A stretch of 64,000 nucleotides of DNA from Octopus vulgaris (lineage: Eukaryota), in assembly GCA_951406725.2 (NCBI GenBank), contig OX597839.1:29078001-29142000 (forward strand), in the 5' to 3' direction. Below the pieces are notes generated by a model. It was given only the letters and a program-made list of their open reading frames with translations. It did no database searches and was not told where the DNA came from. Position 1 is the stretch's first letter; every line of letters begins with the position of its first letter. Shown in pieces: positions 24,301 through 36,737 of the stretch. A program made the position numbers and the translations under genes.

Positions 24301-27300
24301 AAACAGGTTCAAGGTTAGGGTCAGAAATAGGTCAGCAAAGAGCAAGCCTTTATGTCAATGGTTCTCAACCATTTTTTTACCTTCGGACCCTTTGGGAATC
24401 CTTTGGATGAACCCTGACAGCTCTTTGATGATTAAAAGCCTTTTATACTTTTATAATTAAATATTATTTGGAATTGAATAAAAATAATCGTTAAAATATT
24501 TTGTTTGTTGTTGAAGTGTAACCAGTTTATTGCACATAAATTTCAAGGACAAAATCTTATGTGTGCCTTAGTTGAGGACCACTACGCTACGTGTATGTGC
24601 AATGTACTAGAAAGAGCAGCCAACTCTCCTTTAAGTCACATCATTATCATCATCATCATTTAATGTCCATTTTCCATGCTGGTAATGGGTTGGATGGCTT
24701 GATAGGAGCTGGCAAGGCCAGGGGCCACACCATGTTCCATAGTCTGTTTTGGCTTGGTTTTTACACCTGGATGCCCTTCCTAACACCAACCACCACCAGT
24801 GCTTTTTATGTGGCCCCAGTACCCACAAGAATGATAATGTTGTCCTAGAAACAGTGAACAAAGACAAGATGGTGATGTGCAGGGACTTCTTCCATTCTAT
24901 GCTGTCCCCATCAGGGCTGACCTGAGGTTAAACTACAACAACAACAAGAACAACAATTGAACAGGGAAATTATTTCCTTTACAAATGCCAGAGTTATGAC
25001 TGAAAATATTTCCTCACAAAACATTTTAAATATCTTGATAAGGCTTTTTAGTCAAGTGGATAATAAAGTTTTGACTTGCATAGCAATAAGATGGGAGTTC
25101 AAACCCCAGAGTAACCAGTCACATTGTCAATAAGGAATGCAAACATCAGGCCCCATTTTGTTCAGATGGTGACAAGGGAAGCTGTGGGACATCACAGACA
25201 GACAGACAAGTACACACAGACAGACAGACATGTGATGGGCTTCCTACCATTTCCCATTGGTTGGCTATAATATAATCACATACAAAAGGTGTCATGCAGT
25301 GGAGTTGAACCCAGAACCTTGTGGTTGGAAAGAAAACTTGTTAACCACACAGCCAAACCTGTGCCTAAATATATTGTTTCAGTTGTTAGACTGCGGCCAT
25401 GCTGGAGTACCACCCTGAAGGGTTTCACTTGAATGAATCGATCCCAGTATTTATTTCCTTATCCTACAGTCTCTTTTGCTGAACTGCTAAGTTGTGGGGG
25501 ATGGAAACAAACCAACAACAGTTGTCAAGTAGTGGTGGAGACAAATACAAACACACACACACATATATATACATGATGGGCTTCTTTCAGTTTCCATCTA
25601 CCAAATCCATTCACCAGTCCAGGGGTTATAGTAGAAGACATCTACCCAGTTGTGCAACACAGTGGGACTGAACCTGGAATCATTTGGTTGGGAAACAGTT
25701 TCTACCCTCACAACCACATCTGCACCTAACCCCCCCACCCCACCCCATGGCTGTCAGTCAAATTTTCATTCACAAAGCACTGGTTGGCCCAAGGTTATGG
25801 CAGAGGGCATCTGGTGGAGGTGCGCTGTGCAGTGGTTTGGAACCGGAAACCACAAGATTGTGGAGCAAACATCATGACTACACAGCCATGCCGAAAAGGA
25901 GGAGCTCCAGCATGGACACAGCCCACATGACTGAAACCATTGAATGAATACAATGTATATAAACAAAAGCCAACTACCCACCCCCACACACACACACTAA
26001 AATAACATACAACAACAACAACAACAATAAACAAGTGAAAACACCTCAAAATGTTTTGTTTCCGTTTTGCAGACAAAAAAACTGAATCAAAAAAAGGTGA
26101 GAAAGTTTTTTGTTTTTCCTTTTGTTTTCTTTGTTTTCCAAAACCACCCAAAACCACCCAAAAACCTGATCTGTGCTCAGAAACTCATTAGGGTTCATTA
26201 AACATTCTGGAAACAGTTAATCCAATGTATTGATTAGTATTGGCAAAAGCTGAATTGCTCTCTCTCCCCCTCTCTCTTTCTACATACACACTGATGGAGA
26301 AAGAGAGAGAGTGACAATTACAGAGAGGGAAGGAGAGATAAAGAGTGAGAGAGCTATACAGATAGAAAGAGGGGGGGTGAGAGAGACAGCAAACCAGGTA
26401 GATAGAGGGAGGGTGAGAGAGAGAGAGAGACCTATATAGATAGAGGAAGGGAGGAGAGGTAGCTATACAGATAGATAAAGGGAGGGTGAGAGAGAGAGAG
26501 CAAAATAGATAGAGGGAGATAGCTATACAGATAAAGAGACGGAGGGTGAGAGACATAACTATACAAGTAGAGAGAGGAAAGGAGGGCGAGAGATAGGTAG
26601 ACAGACAGAGAGGGAGGGAGGAAGAACCAATTACATAGGTTATATAGAGATAAAAAGAGATGGATAGATAGACAAGAAGGGAGAGAGAGAGACTATGTTC
26701 CAAGTTAAAATTTTGTCCCTGATCTTTTCAGAGTTGAAGAAATAAGAACCATTTGAACAAGGGTTGGGGGTCGACCGATCTAGACCTCGACTACTCAATT
26801 CCTAGATCTTCAACCTTTTTCTTACCATAATTCTGTTGAAATTTATTGCCTTTTGTTTCAATTAATTTAGAAAATAATGAAGAATTTAGTAAAAATAACT
26901 CGTTATTCAACCTGGTATTTGGAACATAAATTAACATGGAAAATTTGATGGAAGGGTTTTAATTTAGACTAGCCCCCCCCCCCCCCCCACCTGCCTCCAA
27001 AAAAATTTCCAGGTTTGGTGCCTACAGTAGAAAGGATCATCAAATTTTACCCGGGTCAACTTTGCCTGTTATCGTCCTGGGGTCAATAAAATAAACACCA
27101 GTTGAGCACAGGGGAAGGGTGTGTGTGTGTGCATGAGCACTTCCCCCTCCCCTCAAAATTGTTGGCATCTGTTCCTTCGATGCTTTTGTCAAGGTGGCAT
27201 TATTTAGCTGCATCCACATCTCACCAAGCTTGCTCTTCTGAAGCCCTTGTGCTGACCTGGCAGTTGGGGTTAGGGTCAAAGTAAGGAGAGGGCACCAGGG

Positions 27301-27734
27301 CTATTTATGAACGAGGGCCATGTAAATAATTATCGTGCAAAATTGCATCTCGTTATCCAAAACGATGCTTTCAGGCATTTGCACAAGTGAAACTGGCTAA
27401 TTTAACTTGCCAGTAAGTCAGCAACATGGACACAACAAAATCCAGCTTGGGAAGTTTTGGACAGATTTTCATGGTAATTAATAAATGATAGTCATTAGCG
27501 TGTAATGGCTTTGAGCAAATGAGAATAATCTGTGGTGAGATATGGCAGTTTGGATTTCAAACTGGTCGATGGTAGGAGCAGAAAGTGTTTCTGGAGAATT
27601 CTTTACTTGGTTGCCAATATATCACACAACAGAGATAACTTCTCTAACAGCAAATGCTGCAATCCTGTCCATTCCAAGCCATTACATAAATAACTCTTCT
27701 TCTTTCCTCAAATACTCAGACATACATACACACA

Positions 27735-27782
<48 letters not shown>

Positions 27783-28165
27783 CAAGCACACACACACACA
27801 CACACACATATATATTACAATATAGTAATAGAATTCATATTTCCTGATCTGTATCTGCTACCATTGGTTTCACGCACACATGTGTATGATTTTCAGGTGA
27901 ATCACTAATTCACTTATGCCAAAGGCTTTAAATAAAGTCTAAACCTGCAGTGTTCATGCTCTTCTAGTGGGAAGATTCCATTCCCGATAATTCATTAATC
28001 AAATGGCAATTAACATTTAAGAGAGGACTATAACCTTATAAATACAAGAGCAGGAAATCAAGTGTACTGGGTTCAATATTTCATATATATATCACAATGA
28101 AATATATTTAGTAGTGAAAAAGATATATAAATATGTTTCTCTTTCTGTGTGCGTGTATATACACA

Positions 28166-29034
28166 CATGGAGTCCCTAAAGTCAGGACACAAGGGAAATC
28201 TCATTAGCTATTTATTTTATACATTATATTTACCAATATATTTTTTACTTACTATATATTTTTTTTACCTTCACAGATTATAAATGGCTTTGTTGAAAGA
28301 AAAAAAGAATTGGACTGGTACCTCTCAGTGGACGTGAAGGATGGTCATGTGGAAAGATAGCAGATGGTTTTAATGCACATCATCCCTGGTGGACTCCACT
28401 TGGCTTTTCCACAATGGCGAAGAGGGCCAAAAAGTTTAAGGAAATGGGCTGTGTCTGGGACAAACCCCATTCTGGACGATCAAATGTATCGGACAAAACG
28501 AAATAAACTTGACATGGCCAAAATATATACCCCCACCCCTAAAAAAATCACTTTGCAGGGTGTCCAAGGAGCTAGGTGTTCCCAAAACAACCCCCAGCCG
28601 TATGTTAAAAGAACAAAATTTGCATCCATAGAAGTTACAGATCTTGCATCACTTAACAGAGGATGAGGCTGAGAGATGACTCGAGATGAAAACAACCATT
28701 TTACCGAAGACTGTGAGTCGTTCAGTGAGGAAGTTCTGTTTTATGTGAAAAGAGAAGTTAAGAGGCAGAATGTTCGATATTGATTGCAAAGCAATCTGCA
28801 TTGGGTGGAAGCATGAAGAGTGAACGTGCTGGAATTGATGGCAGTGGGGTGTTTGTTGCATCAGGTTTATATAAATCTTGCAAAGTGCATCGACCGTTGC
28901 ATTACAAATGGGGGAAATCATATTGAAAATGCTATTTGTGAATATTCTATTTGAATAAAATGATGTTGGAAATTTTGTGTGTATTTCTAGAAAATATACA
29001 TTTTTACTTGTGTTGAGACTTTAGGGACACCCTG
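28166..29034 (+). mobile_element. Decayed Tc1/mariner DNA transposon
   Basis: Imperfect TIRs (catggagtccctaaagtc / gactttagggacaccctg-TA); transposase remnants KKFKEMGCVWDKPHSGRS (N-terminal HTH end) and CIDRCITNGGNHIE (typical C-terminus) with stops and frameshifts. Confidence 0.8.
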
Positions 29035-29940
29035 TAACATAAACAGAGCTATTGATGGAAACGGCAATGACATATAGAGATATTTTACAGGTGAGACCAT
29101 GAACAAATGAAATACAATCCAAAGTAGACCATCACGAAAAGAAGTTACTAATTCCTGCATCAGACAAGCATTCGTAAATGCAGCAAAAAAATCAAAAGAA
29201 ATCATTGTTAAAAGAGGAGAATTTTATATTTTGGAAATCAGTTTTTAGGAAATCTTCCTCCTTGAAAATAAATGGAAAACTGGATCAGGAAACCAGGTTG
29301 TGTGGTTAAATGGTTTTAGTTTGATTCAAAACCCTGTGGTTCTGGTTTCAATCTGTGCCACAAGCTTGGGCCCAATGCCACACTTTCTCTTCAACCGTAG
29401 CCTCAGTTTGACCAATGGATGATTGCACGTGTGTGTGTGTGTTAGTGCCTCCTTTTCTTGATGTCATAGGGCAAGAGTTCCATCCTGCATGGAAACATGT
29501 GAAGGTTGGTGACAGGAAGGAACATGCAGCCATTAAAAACCCACCTCAATAAACTCTGTCCGACCCATGCGACCATGGAAAAGTGGACGTAAAAATGATG
29601 TTGGTGATGACAAGGGTATATTTTTTTGTTGACATAAATATTGACAAAAGATGTAAATATGGAGAAGAGAGAGAAAAAAGTGTTCTTCAAAGTTCCTTTT
29701 GATATTTGTTCTGCATTGAACTATAGACACTTCCTGGTCCCCTTAAAAAGAATGCCCTGATTACCAAGTCGATAATCTGTGACCAATGCCTCTTGATGTT
29801 CATTACTTATGATTTAACAAATAAATAATTATGATCAGCTGAGTCCTAATTGGGAAAACACGATGATGATGATGATGATGATGGAATAAAGAAGAAAATA
29901 AACGAAAGTGCTGCAGGTGTAAAAGAATGAACCGACTCAC

Positions 29941-30040
29941 CCCTGTACTGACGAGAGAAAGCATAATTCTTTCATTCAATGCTAAAGTTTCTCCAGTTTT
30001 CAATTTAATCCGTTTCTTGTCCAAGCATTTCATAGCGTAC
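29941..30040 (-). CDS. GRK2: GRK exon, catalytic Lys and helix C ([33 protein letters not shown])
   Basis: 100 nt, TAG/GTGAGT, phase 2 to 0. Confidence 0.97.
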
Positions 30041-31014
30041 CTAGGGAAAGAAAGAAAGGAAGGAAGAGAGAATGAGAAAGAGAGGTGAGAGAGAAGGAGG
30101 AGAGAGGAGGAGGGAAATATAGGGAGGGAGAGGGGAGAAAGACATGGTTTATCCAAAGTAACAAGAGTCCAAAGATCAGTAAAGAGTTACCTAAACTGTT
30201 TCCATGGTGACATAAATAATAATATTAATAATAATAATGATAATGATGATGATGATAATAATAATAATAATAATCCTTTCTGCTATAGGCATAAGGCCTG
30301 AAATTTTGGGGAGGGGGATAGTCAACAACATCGACCCCAGTACTTAACTGGTACTTAATTGATTGACCCTGAAAGGATGAAAGGCAAAGTCAATCTCGGC
30401 AGCATTTGGAACTCAGAATGTCAAGTCGGAAGAAACGGTGCAAAGCAATTTTCGCAGCACTGTCTGCAACGATTCTGCTCCCTCACAACTAATTTTGTTG
30501 TGAAGACCCATGTTTCCTGTTCTGGCAGGGGTTTGATGGGCCCGTAGCACATGGACCCTCCCAACTTCCCTTCAGCACCTTCGACACCCTTCCTCTGGCA
30601 GCAGACTGCATTTCACACCACAACAGGTGTTGTCCATTTCAGTGCAGCTCCATATCGCCTCCGCACCCACGCACACACCTGCCTGCACCAACAGCTGCTG
30701 CTGCCTTTGATAACGAGCCTACGTTCCCCCAGTTCACTCGCACTCACCCTTTCAGGTAAGCTGATACCAAAACATTTTCCAAATAAACCACACACAACTA
30801 ATTTCAACTTCAGCCGCTGCCAAAATCTTCCACATTCTACACCCATCTCTCATTACCATGGCAACAAGAATAAAAACAACATCAACAACACTAACACCTC
30901 CAAGATGAGCCAACGGAGAATTCTCAATCTGGTCGCTCAAACTGCTAGAAATAGCAGTAAAATCTCTATCAGTTGGGTCATGTAGTCTTAGATGCATTAG
31001 AGAAAAAAAAAATG

Positions 31015-31375
31015 CATGGCTGTGTGATATGAAGCTGGTTTCCCAACCACATGATTCCAGGTTCAATCCCACTGTATGGCACCTTGGGCAAGTGTCTTCT
31101 ACTACAGGCTGGGGCCAACCAAAGCCTTGTGAGTGGATTTGGTAGATGAAAACTGAAAGGAACCTGTTGTGTGTACATCTGTTTGTCCCCATCACTGCTT
31201 GACAACTGATGGTGGTGTGTTAAATTCCTTGTGACTTAGTGGTTCGGCAAAACAGACTAGTACTTGGCTTCAAAAAATTAGTCCTAGGATGTATTTGTTC
31301 TACTAAAAACTGTTCAAGGCAGTGCTCCAGCATGGCCATAGCCAAATGCTTTTAAACAAGTAACAGATAAAAGAT
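31015..31375 (+). mobile_element. tRNA-derived SINE family B (CORE-like accttgggcaagt), representative copy
   Basis: gcatggctgtgtg...ggttcaatcccactg..ggcaccttgggcaagtg...ggaaactgaaag...gctccagcatggcc; further copies at 4695-5030, 25370-25720, 35655-36000, 42745-42908, 53335-53950, 54015-54315, 56400-56560, 60455-60810. Confidence 0.85.
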
Positions 31376-31423
31376 GATATAATGTGAGTGGATTTGGTAG
31401 ATGGAAACTGAAAGAAGCTCATC

Positions 31424-31480
<57 letters not shown>

Positions 31481-31580
31481 GGAGTAAACACATAAATGTG
31501 AAACAAGGTGGAAAAAGAGTACTCAAATACCAGTGGTAGAGTAATATGCTTTATTTAAAGCACCAGAAAATTCAACAAAA

Positions 31581-31620
31581 CCTGTTACTCTGAGTTTCAC
31601 GTTCCCGTTCGTCGGACAGT
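31581..31620 (-). ncRNA. Type I hammerhead motif with U4C core change, in a ~160-bp element between (TA)n tracts
   Basis: CTGT-CCGACGA-ACG-GGAA-CGT-GAAA-CTC-A-GAG-TA-ACAG. Confidence 0.62.
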
Positions 31621-31639
31621 TTTTTCTAGCAAAAATAAA

Positions 31640-31678
<39 letters not shown>

Positions 31679-32213
31679 CACACATGTGTGTGTCTGTGTT
31701 TGTTCCCCCACCCACTGCTTGACAACCAGTGTTGGTGTGTTTATGTTCCCATTACTTAGTGGTTTGTCAAAAGACACTGGTAGAATAAGTACCAGCTATG
31801 ACAGAACGTAGGATTAATTCAAAACAATGTTATCAAATAAGCAATACATTTGACAGAGTAATTTAAAAGCCTTCTTTACAACTTTCGTAACCTAAGCTAC
31901 CACACATTTGTTGCCCTCCCACCCCTAACCTGACACAAATTAGGGTTCCTAATTAACAGAAACCAGCCATCCCTGAAGCCTATAAAATTCATTGTTTTAG
32001 GGTTGACCCTTCTAACCTCTCTAACAAAAGTGGTACTGCTTGTTCAACTATGGAAACAACTGAAGTTCTAGAAGGTACCGTAAGGCACCAATGCACTGTG
32101 TCCTTGTCTCCAAGGCTCCACATAAGCAGTAAGGACATGGATCTTGTCAAATTGTCTGATATAAAATAATGGATGATGATGAATACTCCAATCAAGTTTC
32201 TCACCCTCTATAG

Positions 32214-32347
32214 CAGTGGTTCCTCAACCTTTTTTATATTCGGGCCAGACCGAAAACCTGGATTTTTTTAGGGGGACACTGTTGAGGCCACCGAAAGGAG
32301 GCTTAAGAGCCACATGTGGCCCTGGGGGCTGCAGTTAAGAATCACTG
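32214..32347. mobile_element. hAT-like MITE
   Basis: CAGTGGTTC...GAATCACTG termini; similar termini at 24356-24583, 42070-42218, 61968-62144. Confidence 0.65.
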
Positions 32348-33254
32348 GTCTCTAGTTTTCTGCAGAAGACTTCATTTGATCGCAACCTAAAATTACCTAT
32401 TAATGGTCAGGATAAGAAATGTTCCAATTGCTTCACACCCCATCAGAGGGTCTGACTGCAAGACAACAAGGCCCGGCTGGCATACAGCAAGATTTGAGTG
32501 TTGTATAACACGTCTTCATTGTTATACACCACTCCAGATAAAACCTTTTGCATTATCATTTACTGGTTTCAGTCAATGGGCTGCAGCCATGCTGGAGCAT
32601 CACCTTGAAAGTTTAACCCTTCAGCATTCAAACCGGCCATATCTAGTCGAAATATCCCACCTGTTTTATGTCCAACCTGGCCAGATCTGGCCTCTCACAC
32701 CTACCCTGCAATGTCATTCTAAAAATAGACAATCACATCACTGAAATCCTGAAGCTATGAAACAATGCCCAGTTAATTCAAAATAATGTGAATAAATAAA
32801 CATTACATTTGACAGAGTAATCTGAATGCTAAGGGGTTAACCAAACAAATCCCCCAGCCCCTAGTACTTAGTTTATTTAAGCCTGGCACTTAGTGCCCCA
32901 CACAACATTACCTGATGGTTTTTACTGAAGTTCACACAATACAACCACAGTACCACTTAGTGCACCATAAGCAATCCACACATGGCTTCCACACCATATG
33001 GTCAAGTAGTTACCCTGTACCGTATAACATAGTCAGGGACCTGGATGTTGCATTACACCAACCCTTGATGCCAAGTCTATAGGGCTGGTTGCTTGGTTGG
33101 TCAAGGGCTCAACCAACCACTTCCAAGAGGTTTGGTGAAACACAACTACCAGGGGCTACACTTCTGGGAACCTCCACAATGTTGCTAGACCTGCTAGAAA
33201 TAGAAGCCAAATTCCTCCCTTATCATACCCTACAGTGTGTACAAAAGCATATGC

Positions 33255-33590
33255 TGAGAACCCCTTCGGTCATGACTGACTGTGGGATTGTACCTAGAAA
33301 GTTACCCTCCCAGACACAAGTCCGGGAAAGGTTGTTTATGGAAAACCAGCAGTTCACCCATGCATACCGGCCTCCTCTCTCCATGCCACTGATGTTATCC
33401 AAGAGGAAGGCAAAGGGGCTGATACAGCTTGGCACCAGTGATGTCACAACTCATTTCCACAGCTGAGTGAACTGGAGCAACATGAAATAAAGTGTCTTGC
33501 TCAAGAACACAACACGCAGCCCGGTCTGGGATTCGAACTCACAACCTCACGATTATAAGCTCGACGCTCTAACCAGAGCCATGCACCTTC
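33255..33590 (-). mobile_element. tRNA-headed SINE copy with imperfect TSD
   Basis: Same body as 54620-54937; flanked by acaaaagcatat / acaaaggcatat; B box GTTCGAATCC. Confidence 0.85.
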
Positions 33591-33609
33591 ACAAAGGCAT
33601 ATACAGGAC

Positions 33610-33643
<34 letters not shown>

Positions 33644-34159
33644 GTTTAACGTCCGCTTTCCATGCTAGCAACAATGAATATAAAAAAAAAAGATGAGATG
33701 GCCATAGTTGGAATGCACTTGATTATAAGCCTGCCAGATAGGGCTGAACAAGAGGCAGACAGCAACAAGTGTCATAGCTCTTATCAGACCAACTGTTCAA
33801 TCACGTATCCTGATCAAGTGCAAAGCATTAGTACAGTCATTGACGTAAGTGGAGTGCCTTGCTCAAGGACACAAGGCTGAGTCTACCCCAAGCCTTGACA
33901 AACTCACAAACCTAACACAATGAGGTTAACACTGCAGATTGGAGAGTCTTCTCTTTTCTTTCTTTCTTTCTTTCATTTTCTTTTCGCCTGAAGTCTGTGC
34001 GTCCTGTCAACCATTTAGCATTTAGATAAACTGTCAAGTGGAATGTTTCATTTGTTCAGATTATTTTCAACTAATCATGCATTATCTTGTGCTGTGTCGG
34101 GACTGGCCTGCCAAAAGAATGGACTCAACCTCTCCTCTGTGTGTGTGTGTGTGTGTGAA

Positions 34160-35020
34160 AGAGGTTTGTGTAGGATTTGCACTCTGACCTCATAAAACTG
34201 TCAACAGTAATGACCACCCAAATGGAACTCATGGGTCGGAAGGTTGGTTGCATGAGTGGCGCAAAGGTGTCGCCTGCAAGGAGTAGGACGGAATCACCAA
34301 CAAATGACAGACGCAGCAACACACTGTTACGGAACATGTCCTCATACTACTACTACTACTTCTACTTGGTACAGGAATTCTGCAAGAAAAGAGACAAAAA
34401 TGTCCCACAAACTGCTGCTGCTGCTGCTACTACTACTACTAATTTGTCTGGAAGCCTACAGGATAAGAAATGTTCTAATTGCTTCACACCACATCCTTTG
34501 TGTTGTGTGGGGACTGGCATGCTAAAAGAATGGACCCAGTGTTTTCTCTGCTTGTTGTAAAAGGTGACCAAAAGAGGTTGAGGTAGGATTTGCACTCTGA
34601 CCTTGTAAAACCCTCACCAGCAACGGCTATCAAAACCATACAGACCCATGGGTTGGAGGGTTATTGCCTGAGTGGGGAAAAGGTATCAGCTACCAAGAAT
34701 AGGGAATCACCAACAAATGGTGGATGCTGCAATGCTCTGTTACACCACATACTCCCATACCACCACCACAACAACAACAACAATATCCCTTGTTGTGTGG
34801 GGATCGGCATGCCAAAGAATAAACCCAACATTTCCTCCGTGTGTCACAAAGGCAACTTATAAGAGGTTGAGGTAGGATTTGCACTCTGACCTCGTAAAAC
34901 CCTCACCAGCAACAACTACAGAAACAGACCCCTGTGGTGCAAAGGTGTAGAAGGGAACCACCAACAAATGGTGGATGCAGTGATGCACTGTTACAGCGCA
35001 TGTCTCCTCTGTATACTGCT
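34160..35020. repeat. Degenerate three-copy tandem duplication (~290-410 bp units)
   Basis: taggatttgcactctgacct at 34171, 34584, 34873; caccaacaaatg in each unit. Confidence 0.8.
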
Positions 35021-35205
35021 ACTTTCTCATAGCTTCAAGATTTCAACAAAATCGTTTATTATTAGAACAACATTGTAAGGTGTGAAAGGCTGGTTTGAAC
35101 ACAAAACTGGGGTAATATTCAGGCCGCCAGATGGAAACGGCCCATTTAAACAAAGTAAAAAAAAACCTGCAAAGAGCAACACAGACAGAAAAAGGTTCTA
35201 CTTAC

Positions 35206-35297
35206 ATTTTACCAGTATCTGCTTTCCTGCAACCATACACTTCTCCGAATCCACCCCGGCCAATAATCCTATGTACACTGAAATCATTCATGGTTAA
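35206..35297 (-). CDS. GRK2: GRK exon, kinase P-loop ([31 protein letters not shown])
   Basis: 92 nt, CAG/GTAAGT, phase 0 to 2; GxGxxG motif, GRK2/3 sequence. Confidence 0.97.
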
Positions 35298-36678
35298 CTG
35301 GAATGAAAGGAAAGAAAAGGAAGAGAGATAGAGAAAAGAATTTAACATTTGCTGCAGGAATTCTGCAAGAAAAGAGCCAAAAAAAAAAAAAGTCCCACAA
35401 ACATGAAAAGCCTCACAAAATAAGACCACACCTTCCCTTGTGAAAACAACCTCTGCTTCATCCCAATAATGTGGGTACTAAGGTACCTTTACATGGTACC
35501 TTACTATGTTAGCTGTCTTCTGCTGTCATAGATTTGGATTGACCGATGCCTTGTGAGTAAAATTTGGTTGAAGGAATTTGTCTGGAAGCCTCTTTGTAGT
35601 ATGTGTGCATGTGTTGACTAAAAACAAGTAAAATATAAAAGATACATAGACACAAGGTTCTGGGTTCAGTCCCACTGTGTGGCACCTTGGGCAAGTGTCT
35701 TTTACTATATAGACCAATGTCTTGTGAGTGGATTTGGTAGACGGAAACTGAAAGAAGCCCATCGTGTATGTATGCATATATCTCTATGTGTGTGTGTCTT
35801 TGTATCTGTGTTTGTCCCTCCATCACAGCTTGACAACTGGTGCTGGTATATTTATGTCCCTGTGACTTAGTGGTTCAGCAAAAGAGAGCGATAGTATAAG
35901 TAATAGGCTTACAAAGAATAACTCCCGGGATCAATTTGCTTGACTAAAAAACTCCCATCAAGGCAGTGCTCCAGCATGGCCACATCCAAATGATTGAAAG
36001 GACGGATGGAGGAAGCCAACCTCAGCAGAATCTGGACATACTGCTAACAATTCTGCCAGCTTGCTACCTTAATAATAATAATAATAATGATAATAATGGT
36101 TTCAAATTTTGGCAGAAGGCCAATAAGTTTGGGGGAGTGAGGTAAGTCAATGACATTTACCCCAGTATTCAACTGGTACTTAGTTCATTGACCCTGGATG
36201 GATAAAGGGCAAAGTCGACCTCAGGCGGAATTTGAATTCAGAACGTGAAGACAGATGAAATGGCCCTGAAGCAATTTGCTCAACAAACTACAAACTCCAT
36301 ATTAAAGTTGTTCATCAGATACAAATGTGTCTTGCATTGTGTTTGCTTTTTGGTTTTTGGTTTTTTTGCTTTTAATTTTGACTGTATTTGAAAATAGAGC
36401 AGCTTTTGAGAAAGTGTCTTTATTTTGGGAAATACCTTTTAGTTTCATGATTGAATGAAGGGTAGGAGGGGGAGAGAGAGAGAGAGAGGAAGAGGAGAGG
36501 GAACTGAAGGGGTAGAAAGAGGGTACGAAGAAGGCAACACACACACACAGAGGGGATAACTGACTCACACACACACACACACTTGGATATACATATGAGA
36601 GAGATAGAGAGAAGGGGTTGGTTTGAGCAAGAATTAGAAAAGGAAGAGGGAAGTAGACAAAGTAAGAAACAGAATGGG

Positions 36679-36737
<59 letters not shown>

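Noticed and set aside
34189-34273. Acceptor/donor pair in the triplicated unit as a mutually exclusive exon
   Set aside because: 85 nt, frameshifting, no kinase similarity, acceptor not kept in the other units.
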